Shown here: one piece after another, positions 28,639 through 38,995 of the stretch | Numbering within the stretch: position 1 is the first letter of the stretch | How the letters are laid out: each line of letters opens with the position of its first letter | Assembly (NCBI GenBank): GCA_001789445.1 | Contig: MFZQ01000014.1 | Location: 11,557-75,556 of the forward strand | Reading direction: 5' to 3' | DNA: 64,000 nt | Origin: Candidatus Roizmanbacteria bacterium RIFCSPHIGHO2_02_FULL_40_13b | Lineage (GTDB): Bacteria > Patescibacteriota > Microgenomatia > UBA1406 > HO2-37-13b | Translations under genes and position numbers: made by a program | Notes under the pieces: generated by a model | What the model saw: only the letters and a program-made list of their open reading frames with translations | Database searches by the model: none | Told to the model about the DNA's origin: nothing

Positions 28639-30744
28639 TTATTCTGATTGTTTTGGAATCATCATCAGGTTAATTCTGCCCATGCTGTCAACTTGGTCGA
28701 CTTTCACCCGTACTCTGTCTCCAATTTGAACTACATCGTGCGGATCTTTCACAAATCCGCTTCCCATTTTGGAAACATGCACCAGTCCTTCTTTTCCAGG
28801 TAAGAATTCAACAAATGCTCCGAATTGGAGTATTCGCTTCACCTCTCCCTCAAATTCTTCCCCAATCTGGACCTGTCGATAGACGTTTGCAACAAGGTCT
28901 ACGGCAATATCGACCATTTTTCGATCAACTCCAGAAATACTGACTTTTCCGTCATCCGTAATATTAATCTCGGTTTGGGTTTGAGCGATGATTCGCTTAA
29001 TATTCTTTCCTCCCGGACCGATAATTTCTCCAATTTTGTCTTCAGGTGGCGTAAGAATGACTACTTTTGGTGCAAATGGAGATACGTCTCCTCGGGGCCG
29101 ATCAATGACTTTATGCATCGCTTCAAGGATGTGAAGCCGAGCAACATTTCCCTGAGTAAAGATTTTCTCAATCATGTCCTTTGTGAGGCCGCGATTTTTA
29201 ACATCAAGTTGAATTGCTGTAATTCCTGTCTTTGTTCCAGCAATCTTGAAGTCCATTTCGCCTGCAAAATCTTCAAGTCCCACGATATCGGTGAGAACCA
29301 CGTATTCTGAGTCAGACTTGGTGACAATTCCCATGGCAACCCCCGCTACAGCTTCTTTAATTAATACTCCAGCATCCATGAGGGCGAGTGAGGAGCCACA
29401 CACCGATCCCATAGAACTTGATCCGTTCTCTGCTAAAATTTCTGAAACCACTCGCATGGCATATGGGAATTCTTCAAGAGATGGTAAAACCGGCTCTATT
29501 GCTTTTTCAGCCAAAGCTCCATGTCCAATAGCACGCCGGGACGGACTCATCATACGACCAACCGTTCCATATGAGTATGGACCGTCAGAGTAGTGATGAA
29601 TGTACCGTTTGGTTTCCGTTCCTTCCGGACCCTCGATAGTTTGTTCAAGTGTTGAGGAACCAAGCGTCACGGTTGAAAGTACTTGTGTTTGACCACGTTG
29701 GAAAAGTGCTGATCCATGTGTTCGAGGTAAAAGAGAAGTCTCCACATAAAGCTCACGTACTTCATCAACCGCTCGACCATCCGGTCGTTTCTTGTTTTCA
29801 AGAATGTCACTTTTAATAAACGCATAATTATATGTTGTGAGTGCAGCAGAGATTTCCTTCTTGTCGTACTTTTCATCCAATTTTGTGTATAAATCATCAA
29901 TGATTTCATTGAGTAACACGCTATCAGATCCGGCTGTTCGAGCAGACTGGGCAATCGCTTTTTCAATCAAATCTTTATATTCCTTCTTAATAAGCGAGAC
30001 AATTTCATCGTATGTCTCACTTTCTTTTACAACTTGCTTTTCTCTACCAATCTTCTCTCGCAAAGTCTTGATAAAGTCGACTATTTTCTTGTTTTCTTGT
30101 TTTGCCATCTCAATTCCCTCCTTGATTATATCTTCGGAAACCATTTGAGATTCAGCTTCGATCATTAGAACCTTTTCTTCTGTTGAAGACACAACAAGAT
30201 CAAGAATTGAATGTTGCTGTTCCAAATCAGTTGGATTTAAGATAAGTCCGCCATCGCCGTTTTCGGTTGATGATTTAACATATCCAACACGCATGGTGCT
30301 AATAGGACCTTCCCAAGGAACACTTGAAACATGAAGTGCGGCAGAAACTGCAATTGCTGATAGAATTTCTGGGGAATTTTCACTGTCTACTGAAAGTAGT
30401 GTGATCACAACTTGGACTTGATTTTTATAATTTTTAGGAAAAAGTGGGCGAATTGAGCGATCGATGAGTCGACCGGTAAGAACTGCCTCATCAGATGGTC
30501 GTCCTTCTCGTTTTACCCAGCGAGAACCTTTGATAATGCCTCCAGCATAGAGCTTTTCAGCATACTCTACAGAAAGGGGAAAATAATCCAAATTTGGATT
30601 TTCCTCTCCAACGGCGACAGTTACCAGAACTGCAGTGTCACCAAGTGTGGCATATACCGATGAGTCTACAGCTTGTGCTAACTTGCCAAACTGAAGCGTA
30701 AGTTTTTTATCGTCTATGACGATAGATTCTTCAATCTTGTTCAT
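28639..30744 (-). CDS. pnp: Polyribonucleotide nucleotidyltransferase
   Basis: RLIDRSIRPLFP, HGSALFQRGQTQ, KH and S1 domains. Confidence 0.96.
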   Translation of the reverse strand: MNKIEESIVIDDKKLTLQFGKLAQAVDSSVYATLGDTAVLVTVAVGEENPNLDYFPLSVEYAEKLYAGGIIKGSRWVKREGRPSDEAVLTGRLIDRSIRPLFPKNYKNQVQVVITLLSVDSENSPEILSAIAVSAALHVSSVPWEGPISTMRVGYVKSSTENGDGGLILNPTDLEQQHSILDLVVSSTEEKVLMIEAESQMVSEDIIKEGIEMAKQENKKIVDFIKTLREKIGREKQVVKESETYDEIVSLIKKEYKDLIEKAIAQSARTAGSDSVLLNEIIDDLYTKLDEKYDKKEISAALTTYNYAFIKSDILENKKRPDGRAVDEVRELYVETSLLPRTHGSALFQRGQTQVLSTVTLGSSTLEQTIEGPEGTETKRYIHHYSDGPYSYGTVGRMMSPSRRAIGHGALAEKAIEPVLPSLEEFPYAMRVVSEILAENGSSSMGSVCGSSLALMDAGVLIKEAVAGVAMGIVTKSDSEYVVLTDIVGLEDFAGEMDFKIAGTKTGITAIQLDVKNRGLTKDMIEKIFTQGNVARLHILEAMHKVIDRPRGDVSPFAPKVVILTPPEDKIGEIIGPGGKNIKRIIAQTQTEINITDDGKVSISGVDRKMVDIAVDLVANVYRQVQIGEEFEGEVKRILQFGAFVEFLPGKEGLVHVSKMGSGFVKDPHDVVQIGDRVRVKVDQVDSMGRINLMMIPKQSE

Positions 30745-30759
30745 AAGAAAAATATGTAT

Positions 30760-30868
30760 GTTTACGGATGCGATTTTTCGAGGTTGGATATTGAGATTCG
30801 AAGCTAGTCCAGCTGTGCCGAGATCTAATTTCCAATTTCAACATCCAAATTGAACCTCTTTTGTAAAC
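30760..30868 (-). promoter_or_regulatory. Long imperfect hairpin in the pnp leader (possible RNase III site)
   Basis: gtttac/gtaaac, gaggtt/aacctc and ggatattgagatt/aatttcaacatcc pairings. Same position as the known rpsO-pnp processing stem. Confidence 0.5.
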
Positions 30869-30905
30869 CGTTTCCGAAAGCAAAATTAGTAATAATTAAG
30901 AGACG

Positions 30906-31379
30906 TTACTTTGACAAGTTCACTTTTTTGATTAAGTCCTTGTACCGATCACTATCTTTTTCCGCTAAATAATTAACTATTCGTCGTCGTTTTGAAATAA
31001 CCTTTAATAATCCTCGTCGTGAATGATTATCCTTTGGATTTTGTTCCAAATGTAGGGTCAAATTCAGAATTTTGTGTGTTGCAAGCGCCACTTGAACTTC
31101 CGGAGACCCGGTATCACCATCTTTGGTCGCAAATTCTTTAATAAGGTCCTCTTTGCTTGATGTTGTGATCCAATCAGACACCTTACTTGCTTCAGCTTTT
31201 ACTTCTTTTGAAGTTTTAACAACCTCGACCTTTTCAACTTTTGGAGCTTTTTCAGCTATTTTCTTTTCCACAACAGGCGCCTTTGCGACTGTCTTTTTAG
31301 CTTGAGTTTTTACCTCGGGTTTCTTCGGAGCTACTTTCTTGCCCTGAGCTTGTCGAAGGGCTACTTTCTTTTCTGCCAT
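30906..31379 (-). CDS. rpsO: 30S ribosomal protein S15 with Lys/Ala-rich N-terminal extension
   Basis: [22 protein letters not shown]. Lies upstream of pnp. Confidence 0.95.
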   Translation of the reverse strand: MAEKKVALRQAQGKKVAPKKPEVKTQAKKTVAKAPVVEKKIAEKAPKVEKVEVVKTSKEVKAEASKVSDWITTSSKEDLIKEFATKDGDTGSPEVQVALATHKILNLTLHLEQNPKDNHSRRGLLKVISKRRRIVNYLAEKDSDRYKDLIKKVNLSK

Positions 31380-31454
31380 AATTACGTAAATTATACTGGA
31401 AAGAGCTCGTTTATGCAACTGAAGGATTAATTTTCTCTCACTTTGCAAAAGTCG

Positions 31455-31484
31455 TGCCTATTCACCTTAAAGGTGAAATAGGCA
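31455..31484. terminator. Hairpin, possible terminator of the upstream minus-strand gene
   Basis: tgcctatt-cacct-taa-aggtg-a-aataggca. Confidence 0.45.
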
Positions 31485-31489
31485 TATTA

Positions 31490-32239
31490 TTAAGAATTTT
31501 CTAATCTTTTATCTACTTCTATCAACAATTTATTGAGCGTTTCTATGTCCAAATCTTCATCCCCTTCAAAATTAATACCTCTCTCGTGTAAAATTTCAAA
31601 GACTCTTCTCCATCTCTCTTGAAAATATTCTGCATCAATTTTTCTTATAATGGTGTATCCACCAGATGGAACTTGTAAAATCATCATCTCATCAGAACGA
31701 TCAAATTGCATCAAGAGTTCGTTTGGATCTTGTCCCGGCATAACCATCAGTACAGATCCTTCTACAAAATTATCAACTCGATATTGTGGAGTTGTTTTTA
31801 ATCTATTGACCTCTTTTGGTAATGGCAAACGTACGCCCGTTTCTTTATCGATGAGTCCCGCAGGCTCTGCCAAGGCATCAATTTCGTGTATCCTTTGAGT
31901 AACCTCCTCTAAAGGTAAATCCTTGTCCCACATAATCATACCTTCTGATGTATCGATGAGATGCATTCCTGAACGGGGAATTGAGCTACCTGCTGCGATC
32001 ATACGGGCAAATCCGAGTCCTTTTTGGGTTGATCCAGAAAGCAATAGTACATTCTCACCAGCTGCGTCACTAAGGAAAAAGCGTCTGGCACGGTCTTCTT
32101 GTGGATCAGATAACCCATATTTCATTTATATATCTAATAAATCAGATAGTGTTGCATGTGTTAATCCCTCAAGTCCTTGAGGGATTGAACCTTTAATGAC
32201 TAATTGTTCTTTTGGCGACTGTCCTGTTTGTTCTTTCAT
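31490..32239 (-). pseudogene. Hypothetical gene interrupted by one in-frame TAA
   Basis: TGTTATAAT, 8 nt, ATG at 32239, 37 codons, TAA (32128-32126), then an in-frame ATG at 32125 opening a 211-aa ORF. Confidence 0.5.
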
Positions 32240-32321
32240 GACAATCTATTATAACAAATTATCTGCAAATTCTGTGTATGAATAATACCAAGCTGACAGA
32301 TATGGTTTTGTTTTCTTCTTC

Positions 32322-32358
32322 TTGACAAATATTAGCAGATGGGTTAAACTATTGCTAA
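32322..32358 (+). promoter_or_regulatory. sigma70 promoter overlapped by a degenerate CIRCE operator
   Basis: TTGACA-17-TAAACT, with TTAGCAgat-N9-tatTGCTAA at 32332-32358 upstream of hrcA. Confidence 0.8.
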
Positions 32359-32398
32359 TTCCTTCGATTCCGCCCCTGGCGGGACTCAGGATACATAT

Positions 32399-33127
32399 AT
32401 GGATGATTTGACGCCTCGGCAGACCGAGATTTTGAAAACAATTATTGCAGAATATACCGAAACGGGGCAAGCTGTTGGCTCGGAAATTTTAGATAAGAAG
32501 TATAATCTAGGCGTCTCGCCGGCAACTATTCGCAACGAGATGGTGGAACTCTCCAAAAAATCATATCTAAAAAAAGAGCACTTTTCTGCCGGACGCGTGC
32601 CAACGGCTAAGGCGTTTCGGTTTTATATTCAGAACATAATGCAAGAACGAGAGCTTTCAACGGCTGATGAGGTATCATATAAAAGTGATGTGTGGGATCA
32701 CCGGGCAGATTTACATGAACTTTTACAAACAGCAACTCGCGTACTCGCCCGCCGAACTGGACTTTTGGCTGTTACAACAACAGATAAGGGCGACGTATAC
32801 TATTTTGGAATCAATAACTTTTTATCAAACCGAGAATTTTGGGATATTGCCGAAATTCGATCGTTATTCGAGCGATTTGATGAAAATAGTTATTGTAATC
32901 ATATAATGGACGAACTCGCCCGAATGGAAAATGAGCTTCTTTTTATGTTTGAAGAAAAAGATGCATCGGGAATTTGTTCATCGGTGTTTGGAGAATTTAA
33001 AGGAAAAAGTGTGTCGGGGGCAATTGGCGTCATTGGGCCACGTCGTATGCGATATGACGTGATTGTTCCAAGCGTACGATATTTCACGAGCCTTATAAAT
33101 AGTATTGTGGCCGAACAAGGAATGTAA
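32399..33127 (+). CDS. hrcA: Heat-inducible repressor HrcA
   Basis: LTPRQ, VSPATIRNEM, HFSAGRVPT, GVIGPRRMRY. Confidence 0.92.
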   Translation: MDDLTPRQTEILKTIIAEYTETGQAVGSEILDKKYNLGVSPATIRNEMVELSKKSYLKKEHFSAGRVPTAKAFRFYIQNIMQERELSTADEVSYKSDVWDHRADLHELLQTATRVLARRTGLLAVTTTDKGDVYYFGINNFLSNREFWDIAEIRSLFERFDENSYCNHIMDELARMENELLFMFEEKDASGICSSVFGEFKGKSVSGAIGVIGPRRMRYDVIVPSVRYFTSLINSIVAEQGM

Positions 33128-33147
33128 AAAAATTCTATAATAAATAT

Positions 33148-33612
33148 ATGAGAGCAACAAAAATTAAAAAAAATACAGATGTAGGGGACGGTTTGCAACC
33201 GTCCCAAAAAATGGATCCAGTAGTCGAGGAATGGAAAAATAACTATTTACGGGCGCTTGCTGATTACAACAATTTAGAAAAAAGAACCGAAAGTCAGACA
33301 ATTGATATATTTAAGAGAGCGAATAAGAACATCCTTTTGAAGCTCTTGGATCTGTATGACATACTGGAACAAGCAGAGGTGTTTGTGAAAGATGATGGGT
33401 TGAAGCTAGTTAAAGAATCGTTTGAAAGACTGCTTGCAAGCGAAGGAGTTACTAAAATGGAGCTGTTAAACACAAAGTTTGACCCCTACCACGCAGAATG
33501 TATCGAGGTAGTTCCCGGAGAAAAACCAGAAATAATTTATGAGATAGTAAAAAATGGTTACAAGTTGCATGGAGAGATCTTAAGGATCGCTCAAGTGAAA
33601 GTATCAAAATAA
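33148..33612 (+). CDS. grpE: Nucleotide exchange factor GrpE
   Basis: LRALADYNNLEKR, FDPYHAE, GYKLHGEILRIAQVKV. Confidence 0.92.
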   Translation: MRATKIKKNTDVGDGLQPSQKMDPVVEEWKNNYLRALADYNNLEKRTESQTIDIFKRANKNILLKLLDLYDILEQAEVFVKDDGLKLVKESFERLLASEGVTKMELLNTKFDPYHAECIEVVPGEKPEIIYEIVKNGYKLHGEILRIAQVKVSK

Positions 33613-33635
33613 TTACAAATTTTTAAACAACAAAT

Positions 33636-35534
33636 ATGGCAAAAACAATCGGAATCGATTTAGGAACAACAAATTCAGTGGTTGCAGTAATGGAGGCTGG
33701 GAAAGCTAAAATTATTCATTCAAAAGAAGGTCGAAATATCATTCCTTCAGTGGTTGACCCAAAAAACCGCGTGGTTGGGGACGTTGCAAAACGTCAGATG
33801 GTCATGAAACCGAAAGAAATTATCTTTTCAGTGAAGAGACTCGTTGGTCGAAAATTTACAGATACTTCAGTTCAGAGCGATATGAAATGGCTTCCCTATT
33901 CAATTAAGTCTGGACGTGACGGAATGGCAGTTATTGAAGTTGATGGTAAAACATATACACCGCAAGAAATTTCTTCAATGATTCTCACAAAGGCCAAAAA
34001 AGATGCTGAAGATTATTTGGGCGAAACCGTTGATAAAGCAGTTATTACCGTTCCTGCATATTTTGATGATGCTCAGCGCCAAGCCACCAAACAAGCTGGT
34101 GAGATTGCCGGGCTTGAAGTAATCAGAATTGTAAATGAGCCAACGGCGGCGGCACTCGCCTATGGACTGGATAAAAAAACGCTCCATAATATTGCGGTGT
34201 ATGATTTTGGAGGGGGAACATTTGACATCACTATTCTTGAACTTGGAGACGGTGTTTTTGAAGTAAAATCAACAAACGGAGACACGCATTTGGGTGGAGA
34301 TGATTTTGACAAAATGATTGTTGATTATCTGGTTACGGAGTTTAAGAAAACAAATGGAATTGATCTTTCCAAAGACTCTCAAGCATTGCAACGTTTACGC
34401 GACGCGGCTGAAAAGGCAAAAATCGAGCTTTCAACATCTATGGAAAGTGAAATTAATTTGCCGTTTATAACAGTACAAGACGGTCAACCACTTCATTTTG
34501 TCATTAAATTAACTCGTTCAAAACTTGAATCAATAGTTGCGTCTCTTGTTGAACGATCATTTACACCGGTTAAAGAAGCTATTAAAGATGCAAAAGTTGC
34601 GGCAAAAGATATCCAAGAAGTGATTTTGGTTGGAGGTATGACCAGAATGCCACTCATTGAGACGAAAGTTAAGGAATTTTTTGGAAAAGAACCCAATAAA
34701 TCGGTTAATCCAGATGAAGCGGTGGCGATCGGCGCGGCAATTCAAGCAGGAATTATTGGAGGAGAGGTAAAAGATGTGGTTCTTCTTGACGTTACACCGC
34801 TAACTCTTGGGGTTGAAACGTTAGGTGGAGTCACAACACCGCTTATTACCAAAAATTCTTCGGTTCCAACGGCAAAATCAGAAGTGTTTTCAACTGCGGC
34901 AGATAATCAGACGCAAGTTGAAATTCACATTCTACAGGGCGAACGTCCACTTGCCCGGGATAATAAATCTCTCGGACGATTTATTCTGGAAGGAATTCCA
35001 CCAGCACCTCGGGGAGTTCCACAGGTGGAGGTGACATTTGATCTTGATGCAAACGGGATCCTTACCGTAACTGCAAAAGATAAAGCGAGTGGCAAAGAGC
35101 AAAGTATTAAAATCACTGGCTCAACTGGTCTTACTAAAGAAGAGATTGAGAAGATGAAGGAAGATGCTGAAAAGCATGCGGCTGAAGATAGTGCCGAGGC
35201 AGAAAAGATTCAGGCACGAAATATGGCTGATTCACTCGTATATACGGCTGAAAAATCACTTCGGGACGCCGGAGATAAAGTACCTGCTGAAGTTAAGAGC
35301 GAGGTTGAGGAGAAGGTAAAAGGAGTAAAAGATGTTCTGGAGAGTGGCTCAAAAGAAGATATCGAAAAAGCCACATCAGAACTTTCAACGTCAATGCAAA
35401 AAATTGGCGAACACATGAATAAGACTGAAGATGCTCCTGCCGAAGGCGAGAGTGCGCCTAGTGAAGACGCTCCAAAAGATGAATCGGCAGACGCAAAACC
35501 TGAAAACGTAGAAGAAGGAGAAGTAGTTAAATAA
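33636..35534 (+). CDS. dnaK: Chaperone DnaK
   Basis: [30 protein letters not shown]. Confidence 0.98.
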   Translation: MAKTIGIDLGTTNSVVAVMEAGKAKIIHSKEGRNIIPSVVDPKNRVVGDVAKRQMVMKPKEIIFSVKRLVGRKFTDTSVQSDMKWLPYSIKSGRDGMAVIEVDGKTYTPQEISSMILTKAKKDAEDYLGETVDKAVITVPAYFDDAQRQATKQAGEIAGLEVIRIVNEPTAAALAYGLDKKTLHNIAVYDFGGGTFDITILELGDGVFEVKSTNGDTHLGGDDFDKMIVDYLVTEFKKTNGIDLSKDSQALQRLRDAAEKAKIELSTSMESEINLPFITVQDGQPLHFVIKLTRSKLESIVASLVERSFTPVKEAIKDAKVAAKDIQEVILVGGMTRMPLIETKVKEFFGKEPNKSVNPDEAVAIGAAIQAGIIGGEVKDVVLLDVTPLTLGVETLGGVTTPLITKNSSVPTAKSEVFSTAADNQTQVEIHILQGERPLARDNKSLGRFILEGIPPAPRGVPQVEVTFDLDANGILTVTAKDKASGKEQSIKITGSTGLTKEEIEKMKEDAEKHAAEDSAEAEKIQARNMADSLVYTAEKSLRDAGDKVPAEVKSEVEEKVKGVKDVLESGSKEDIEKATSELSTSMQKIGEHMNKTEDAPAEGESAPSEDAPKDESADAKPENVEEGEVVK

Positions 35535-35540
35535 GGCCTT

Positions 35541-36383
35541 ATGGCAAGTAATTATTACGAAGTTTTGGGTGTATCGAAGTCTGCAAGCGCGGCAGAAATT
35601 AAGTCGGCGTATCGAAAGCTTGCGTTGAAGTGGCACCCCGATCGTAATAAAGATGCCGGGGCGGAAGCCAAATTCAAAGAAATTAATCAGGCATACGAAG
35701 TGCTTTCAGACACAAGTAAAAAGCAGACGTATGACCAAGTAGGTCATACTAACTTTACCGATCGCGGTGGGAATAACGCATCCGGCGGTGCATACGGAAA
35801 TCCATTCACGTATACCTACACTACTTCCAGCTCTGGGAACCCATTTGAGGGAGTAGACGGATTTTCTGATCCATTTGAGATATTTGAACAATTTTTTGGA
35901 TTTGGAAATTCGCGTGGGAACAGACGACCTCATCAAGTATATCAACTTACTATTAGTTTTGATGAGGCTGTCACCGGAATTGAAAAAACGGTACAAATAG
36001 AAGGACAAACGAAAACGATAAAGATTCCGGCAGGAATAGACAGTGGAAATCGAATTCGATTTTCTGATTTTGATGTGATGATTAATGTTGCCAAAAGCGA
36101 CATTTTCAAACGAGAACGACAAGATATTTATGTAGAATTTCCGCTTTCGATAACAACTGCAGTTCTCGGAGGAGTTGTAACCGTGCCCTCGCTTGATGGG
36201 GGCGGAGTACAAATAAAGGTGAAACCGGGAACACAACCGAATTCGGCCCTGCGTCTTGCAGGAAAAGGACTACCGTACCCAAATTCAAAACGACGCGGAG
36301 ACGAGTACGTTATTTTCAAAGTCAAAATTCCTGAAAAAGTAACCGGCCGCCAGAAACAGATACTCGAGGAACTCGATGCGTAA
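35541..36383 (+). CDS. dnaJ: DnaJ-family co-chaperone lacking the Zn finger
   Basis: J domain with HPD, G/F region, C-terminal domain, no CxxCxGxG repeats. Confidence 0.88.
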   Translation: MASNYYEVLGVSKSASAAEIKSAYRKLALKWHPDRNKDAGAEAKFKEINQAYEVLSDTSKKQTYDQVGHTNFTDRGGNNASGGAYGNPFTYTYTTSSSGNPFEGVDGFSDPFEIFEQFFGFGNSRGNRRPHQVYQLTISFDEAVTGIEKTVQIEGQTKTIKIPAGIDSGNRIRFSDFDVMINVAKSDIFKRERQDIYVEFPLSITTAVLGGVVTVPSLDGGGVQIKVKPGTQPNSALRLAGKGLPYPNSKRRGDEYVIFKVKIPEKVTGRQKQILEELDA

Positions 36384-36411
36384 ACACGCCTGAATCATGA
36401 TATAATATCGT

Positions 36412-36446
36412 GTCATCCTGAACGGAGTGAAGGATCTCGGTGTGAA
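36412..36446. repeat. REP-like palindromic repeat in the efp leader
   Basis: gtcatcctgaacggagtgaaggatctcggtgtgaa, shared with 14705-14748. Confidence 0.8.
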
Positions 36447-36454
36447 ACAACATT

Positions 36455-37018
36455 ATGAAAGTCGAAGCAAATATATTAAAAAAAGGTGATTATGTGCTCC
36501 TCAATGGAGACGTGTGGCAGGTGCAAAAAACTGAATTCAATTATCGTGGTCGAGGGGCCGCTAATGTTTCGACTCGAATTAAGAATGTGTTGACGGGGGG
36601 AACCATCGAGAATGGAACAAAATCTAACTTTGAATATGAGCTTGCAGATATCGAACAAGTCCAAGGTCAATATTTGTACAAAGATAACGCAAAGCTTTAT
36701 TTCATGGATCCCATCACCTACGATCAAATAGACATAGATATAAAAAAAACAGGTACTATTTCTGATTATTTAAAAGAGGGAGATTTGGTATACATTTTGA
36801 AATTTAATGGAACTCCAATAAGTATTCGTTCCTTGCAAAGCGTTCGTTTGAAAGTAATTGAAGCCCCAGATGCAGTTAAGGGCGATACAACAACGGCTCC
36901 CAAAAAAGATGTTGTACTGGAAACTGGAATCACCGTCAAAGCGCCCATCTTCATCAAAAAAGGTGATACAATTGTTGTTAACCCTGAAACTGGAGAATAT
37001 GTCGAGCGAGTGAATTAG
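36455..37018 (+). CDS. efp: Elongation factor P
   Basis: QYLY, FMD..TYDQ, VKGDT, LETG, P.FIK.GD, TGEYVER. Confidence 0.92.
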   Translation: MKVEANILKKGDYVLLNGDVWQVQKTEFNYRGRGAANVSTRIKNVLTGGTIENGTKSNFEYELADIEQVQGQYLYKDNAKLYFMDPITYDQIDIDIKKTGTISDYLKEGDLVYILKFNGTPISIRSLQSVRLKVIEAPDAVKGDTTTAPKKDVVLETGITVKAPIFIKKGDTIVVNPETGEYVERVN

Positions 37019-37050
37019 TAGTCAGTAGATAGTAGTTAGTAGTCAGGGTC
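37016..37050. repeat. Degenerate heptamer tandem repeat
   Basis: tagtagt cagtaga tagtagt tagtagt cagggtc. Confidence 0.6.
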
Positions 37051-37056
37051 TAATAA

Positions 37057-37590
37057 ATGGATTACTTCATAAAAGTACTAGGAAAACTTTCTCCTGCAAA
37101 TATTGAAAAAGGAATTCAAATTTCCACAACTTTTTTGGTTAGTTTAATACTTATTTTAGTAATCCAGAAAACGTTGAAGATATTTTTTAATGGATTAAAA
37201 AATAAATCTCATCTTTCCTCATACTCAAATCGACTTGATACGGCTCGTGGACTTCTTGATAACTTTGTAATGGTTGCTGTTTTGGGAATCACCTTGTTAC
37301 TTTGTCTGCGATCACTTGGATTTGATATAACCCCAATTCTTACTGGTGCTGGAATTTTGGGACTTGCCATTTCTTTTGGCGCACAAACAATTGTTAAAGA
37401 TGTTCTTTCTGGTTTTTTCATTATTATTGAAAATCAATATAATGTTGGAAATCAAGTAAAAATAAATGATATTTCTGGTGAGGTTTTTAAAATAAATCTT
37501 CGAACAACTGTTCTTAAGGATAAAAAAGAAAATATGATCTACATTCCAAATTCAGAGATTAAAACAGTTTTAGTTTACAACAAATCCTGA
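37057..37590 (+). CDS. Small MscS-family mechanosensitive channel protein
   Basis: GAGILGLAISFGAQ..VKD..SG, GEV..INLRTT, IPNS. Confidence 0.85.
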   Translation: MDYFIKVLGKLSPANIEKGIQISTTFLVSLILILVIQKTLKIFFNGLKNKSHLSSYSNRLDTARGLLDNFVMVAVLGITLLLCLRSLGFDITPILTGAGILGLAISFGAQTIVKDVLSGFFIIIENQYNVGNQVKINDISGEVFKINLRTTVLKDKKENMIYIPNSEIKTVLVYNKS

Positions 37591-38381
37591 AAAATCTATC
37601 ACATTTTAAACAAACCGTAAGCTCGTATTATCGCGAGAAAAAAAGAAACTTCCCGTGGAGAGATATAGATAATCCATACTTCATATTTATTTCAGAAGTA
37701 ATGTTGCAACAAACACAGGCACATCGAGTTATTGCAAAATATAATAAGTTTATTCAGCTTTTCCCAACAGTAGAGAGTTTGGCCAAAGCTTCAAATATAG
37801 AGGTTCTTCGTGTGTGGCAAGGATTAGGATATAACCGACGAGCACTTTTTCTTAAAAAGTCAGCTGAAATTATTTGTGAAAAATACACTGGAAAAATTCC
37901 TCGCATAGTTGAGAAACTTACCGGACTTCCCGGAATCGGATATTCAACAGCTTGTGCAATTGCTACATTTGCATATAACATCCCAACTGTTTTTATTGAA
38001 ACAAATATCCGAACTGTTTTCATTCATTTCTTTTTTAAAGAAAAAGAAAATGTAAGTGATCAAGAAATACTGGAGCTTGTAACAAAAACTGTAGATAAAA
38101 ATAATCCTCGAGACTGGTACTATGCGCTCATGGATTATGGAGTGTTCCTTAAGAAAAAATATAAGAATCCTTCGAGAAAAAGTAAATCTTACTCAAAACA
38201 ATCTCGATTTGAGGGATCTAAGCGGCAATTACGAGGAAATATTGTCAAACTTTTATTAGAAAAAAAGAGACTGAGACTTATGGAAATTGATGGAGATTTG
38301 GAAACTGTTAAAAAAGTTATGGAGGAATTGGAAAAAGAAAAACTCATTAAGAGAAAAGGATCGGTGTATACTATTGCCTGA
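37587..38381 (+). CDS. mutY: A/G-specific adenine glycosylase (short MutY-like)
   Basis: The frame is open upstream of 37701 and encodes RNFPWR..NPY..ISEVMLQQT, followed by WQGLGYNRRA and LPGIG. Start inferred at CTG 37587. Confidence 0.8.
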   Translation: MKNLSHFKQTVSSYYREKKRNFPWRDIDNPYFIFISEVMLQQTQAHRVIAKYNKFIQLFPTVESLAKASNIEVLRVWQGLGYNRRALFLKKSAEIICEKYTGKIPRIVEKLTGLPGIGYSTACAIATFAYNIPTVFIETNIRTVFIHFFFKEKENVSDQEILELVTKTVDKNNPRDWYYALMDYGVFLKKKYKNPSRKSKSYSKQSRFEGSKRQLRGNIVKLLLEKKRLRLMEIDGDLETVKKVMEELEKEKLIKRKGSVYTIA

Positions 38382-38382
38382 T

Positions 38383-38979
38383 ATGTCTTCAAAACAAAAA
38401 CTAAGTTTTGGAATTGTAACTTCAGTTTTTCTCGTTTTGATTATCTCCATCTTTTTCTCATTTTTTCAAGAAAGTAAACAGAAAAAGATACATGAAGGAA
38501 CAGTAAAAAGTATCTCTGTAGGGGAGGGTTTCAAACCCTCCCAACGGCCCCAAATCAATCAGACATTCCTCGTCACTCGAATCATTGATGGCGATACATT
38601 CGAAATACAAACGAGACAAAAAGTGAGACTCATTGGAATTGATACTCCAGAACTTAATACATCGACTAAAAAAGTTCCCGGTTGTTTTGGTATTCAAGCG
38701 AAAGAGAAATTAAGTGAACTCATTTTTAATAAACAAGTAAGGCTCATGAAAGATATTTCAGAAACAGACAGATATGGGAGACTTTTGCGATATGTGTATT
38801 TTGGAGAAAACTTTATAAATCAGGATCTCATCGAACAAGGTTTTGCCCTAGCCAGTACTTTTCCACCTGATGTGAAGTATAAAGAGGTTTTTTTGAAAGC
38901 ACAAACTGAGGCGAGAGAGAATATGAGAGGATTATGGAAAGAGTGTTATCTGAATAGATTCCCGCCTTCGCGGGAATGA
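38383..38979 (+). CDS. Thermonuclease (SNase) family protein
   Basis: N-terminal TM, IIDGDT, VRLIGIDTPE, DRYGRLLRYV, RGLW. Confidence 0.9.
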   Translation: MSSKQKLSFGIVTSVFLVLIISIFFSFFQESKQKKIHEGTVKSISVGEGFKPSQRPQINQTFLVTRIIDGDTFEIQTRQKVRLIGIDTPELNTSTKKVPGCFGIQAKEKLSELIFNKQVRLMKDISETDRYGRLLRYVYFGENFINQDLIEQGFALASTFPPDVKYKEVFLKAQTEARENMRGLWKECYLNRFPPSRE

Positions 38980-38980
38980 C
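38956..38980. repeat. REP-like palindrome supplying the nuclease C-terminus and stop
   Basis: agattcccgccttcgcgggaatgac. Confidence 0.7.
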
Positions 38981-38995
38981 ATATTATTTCCAGAT

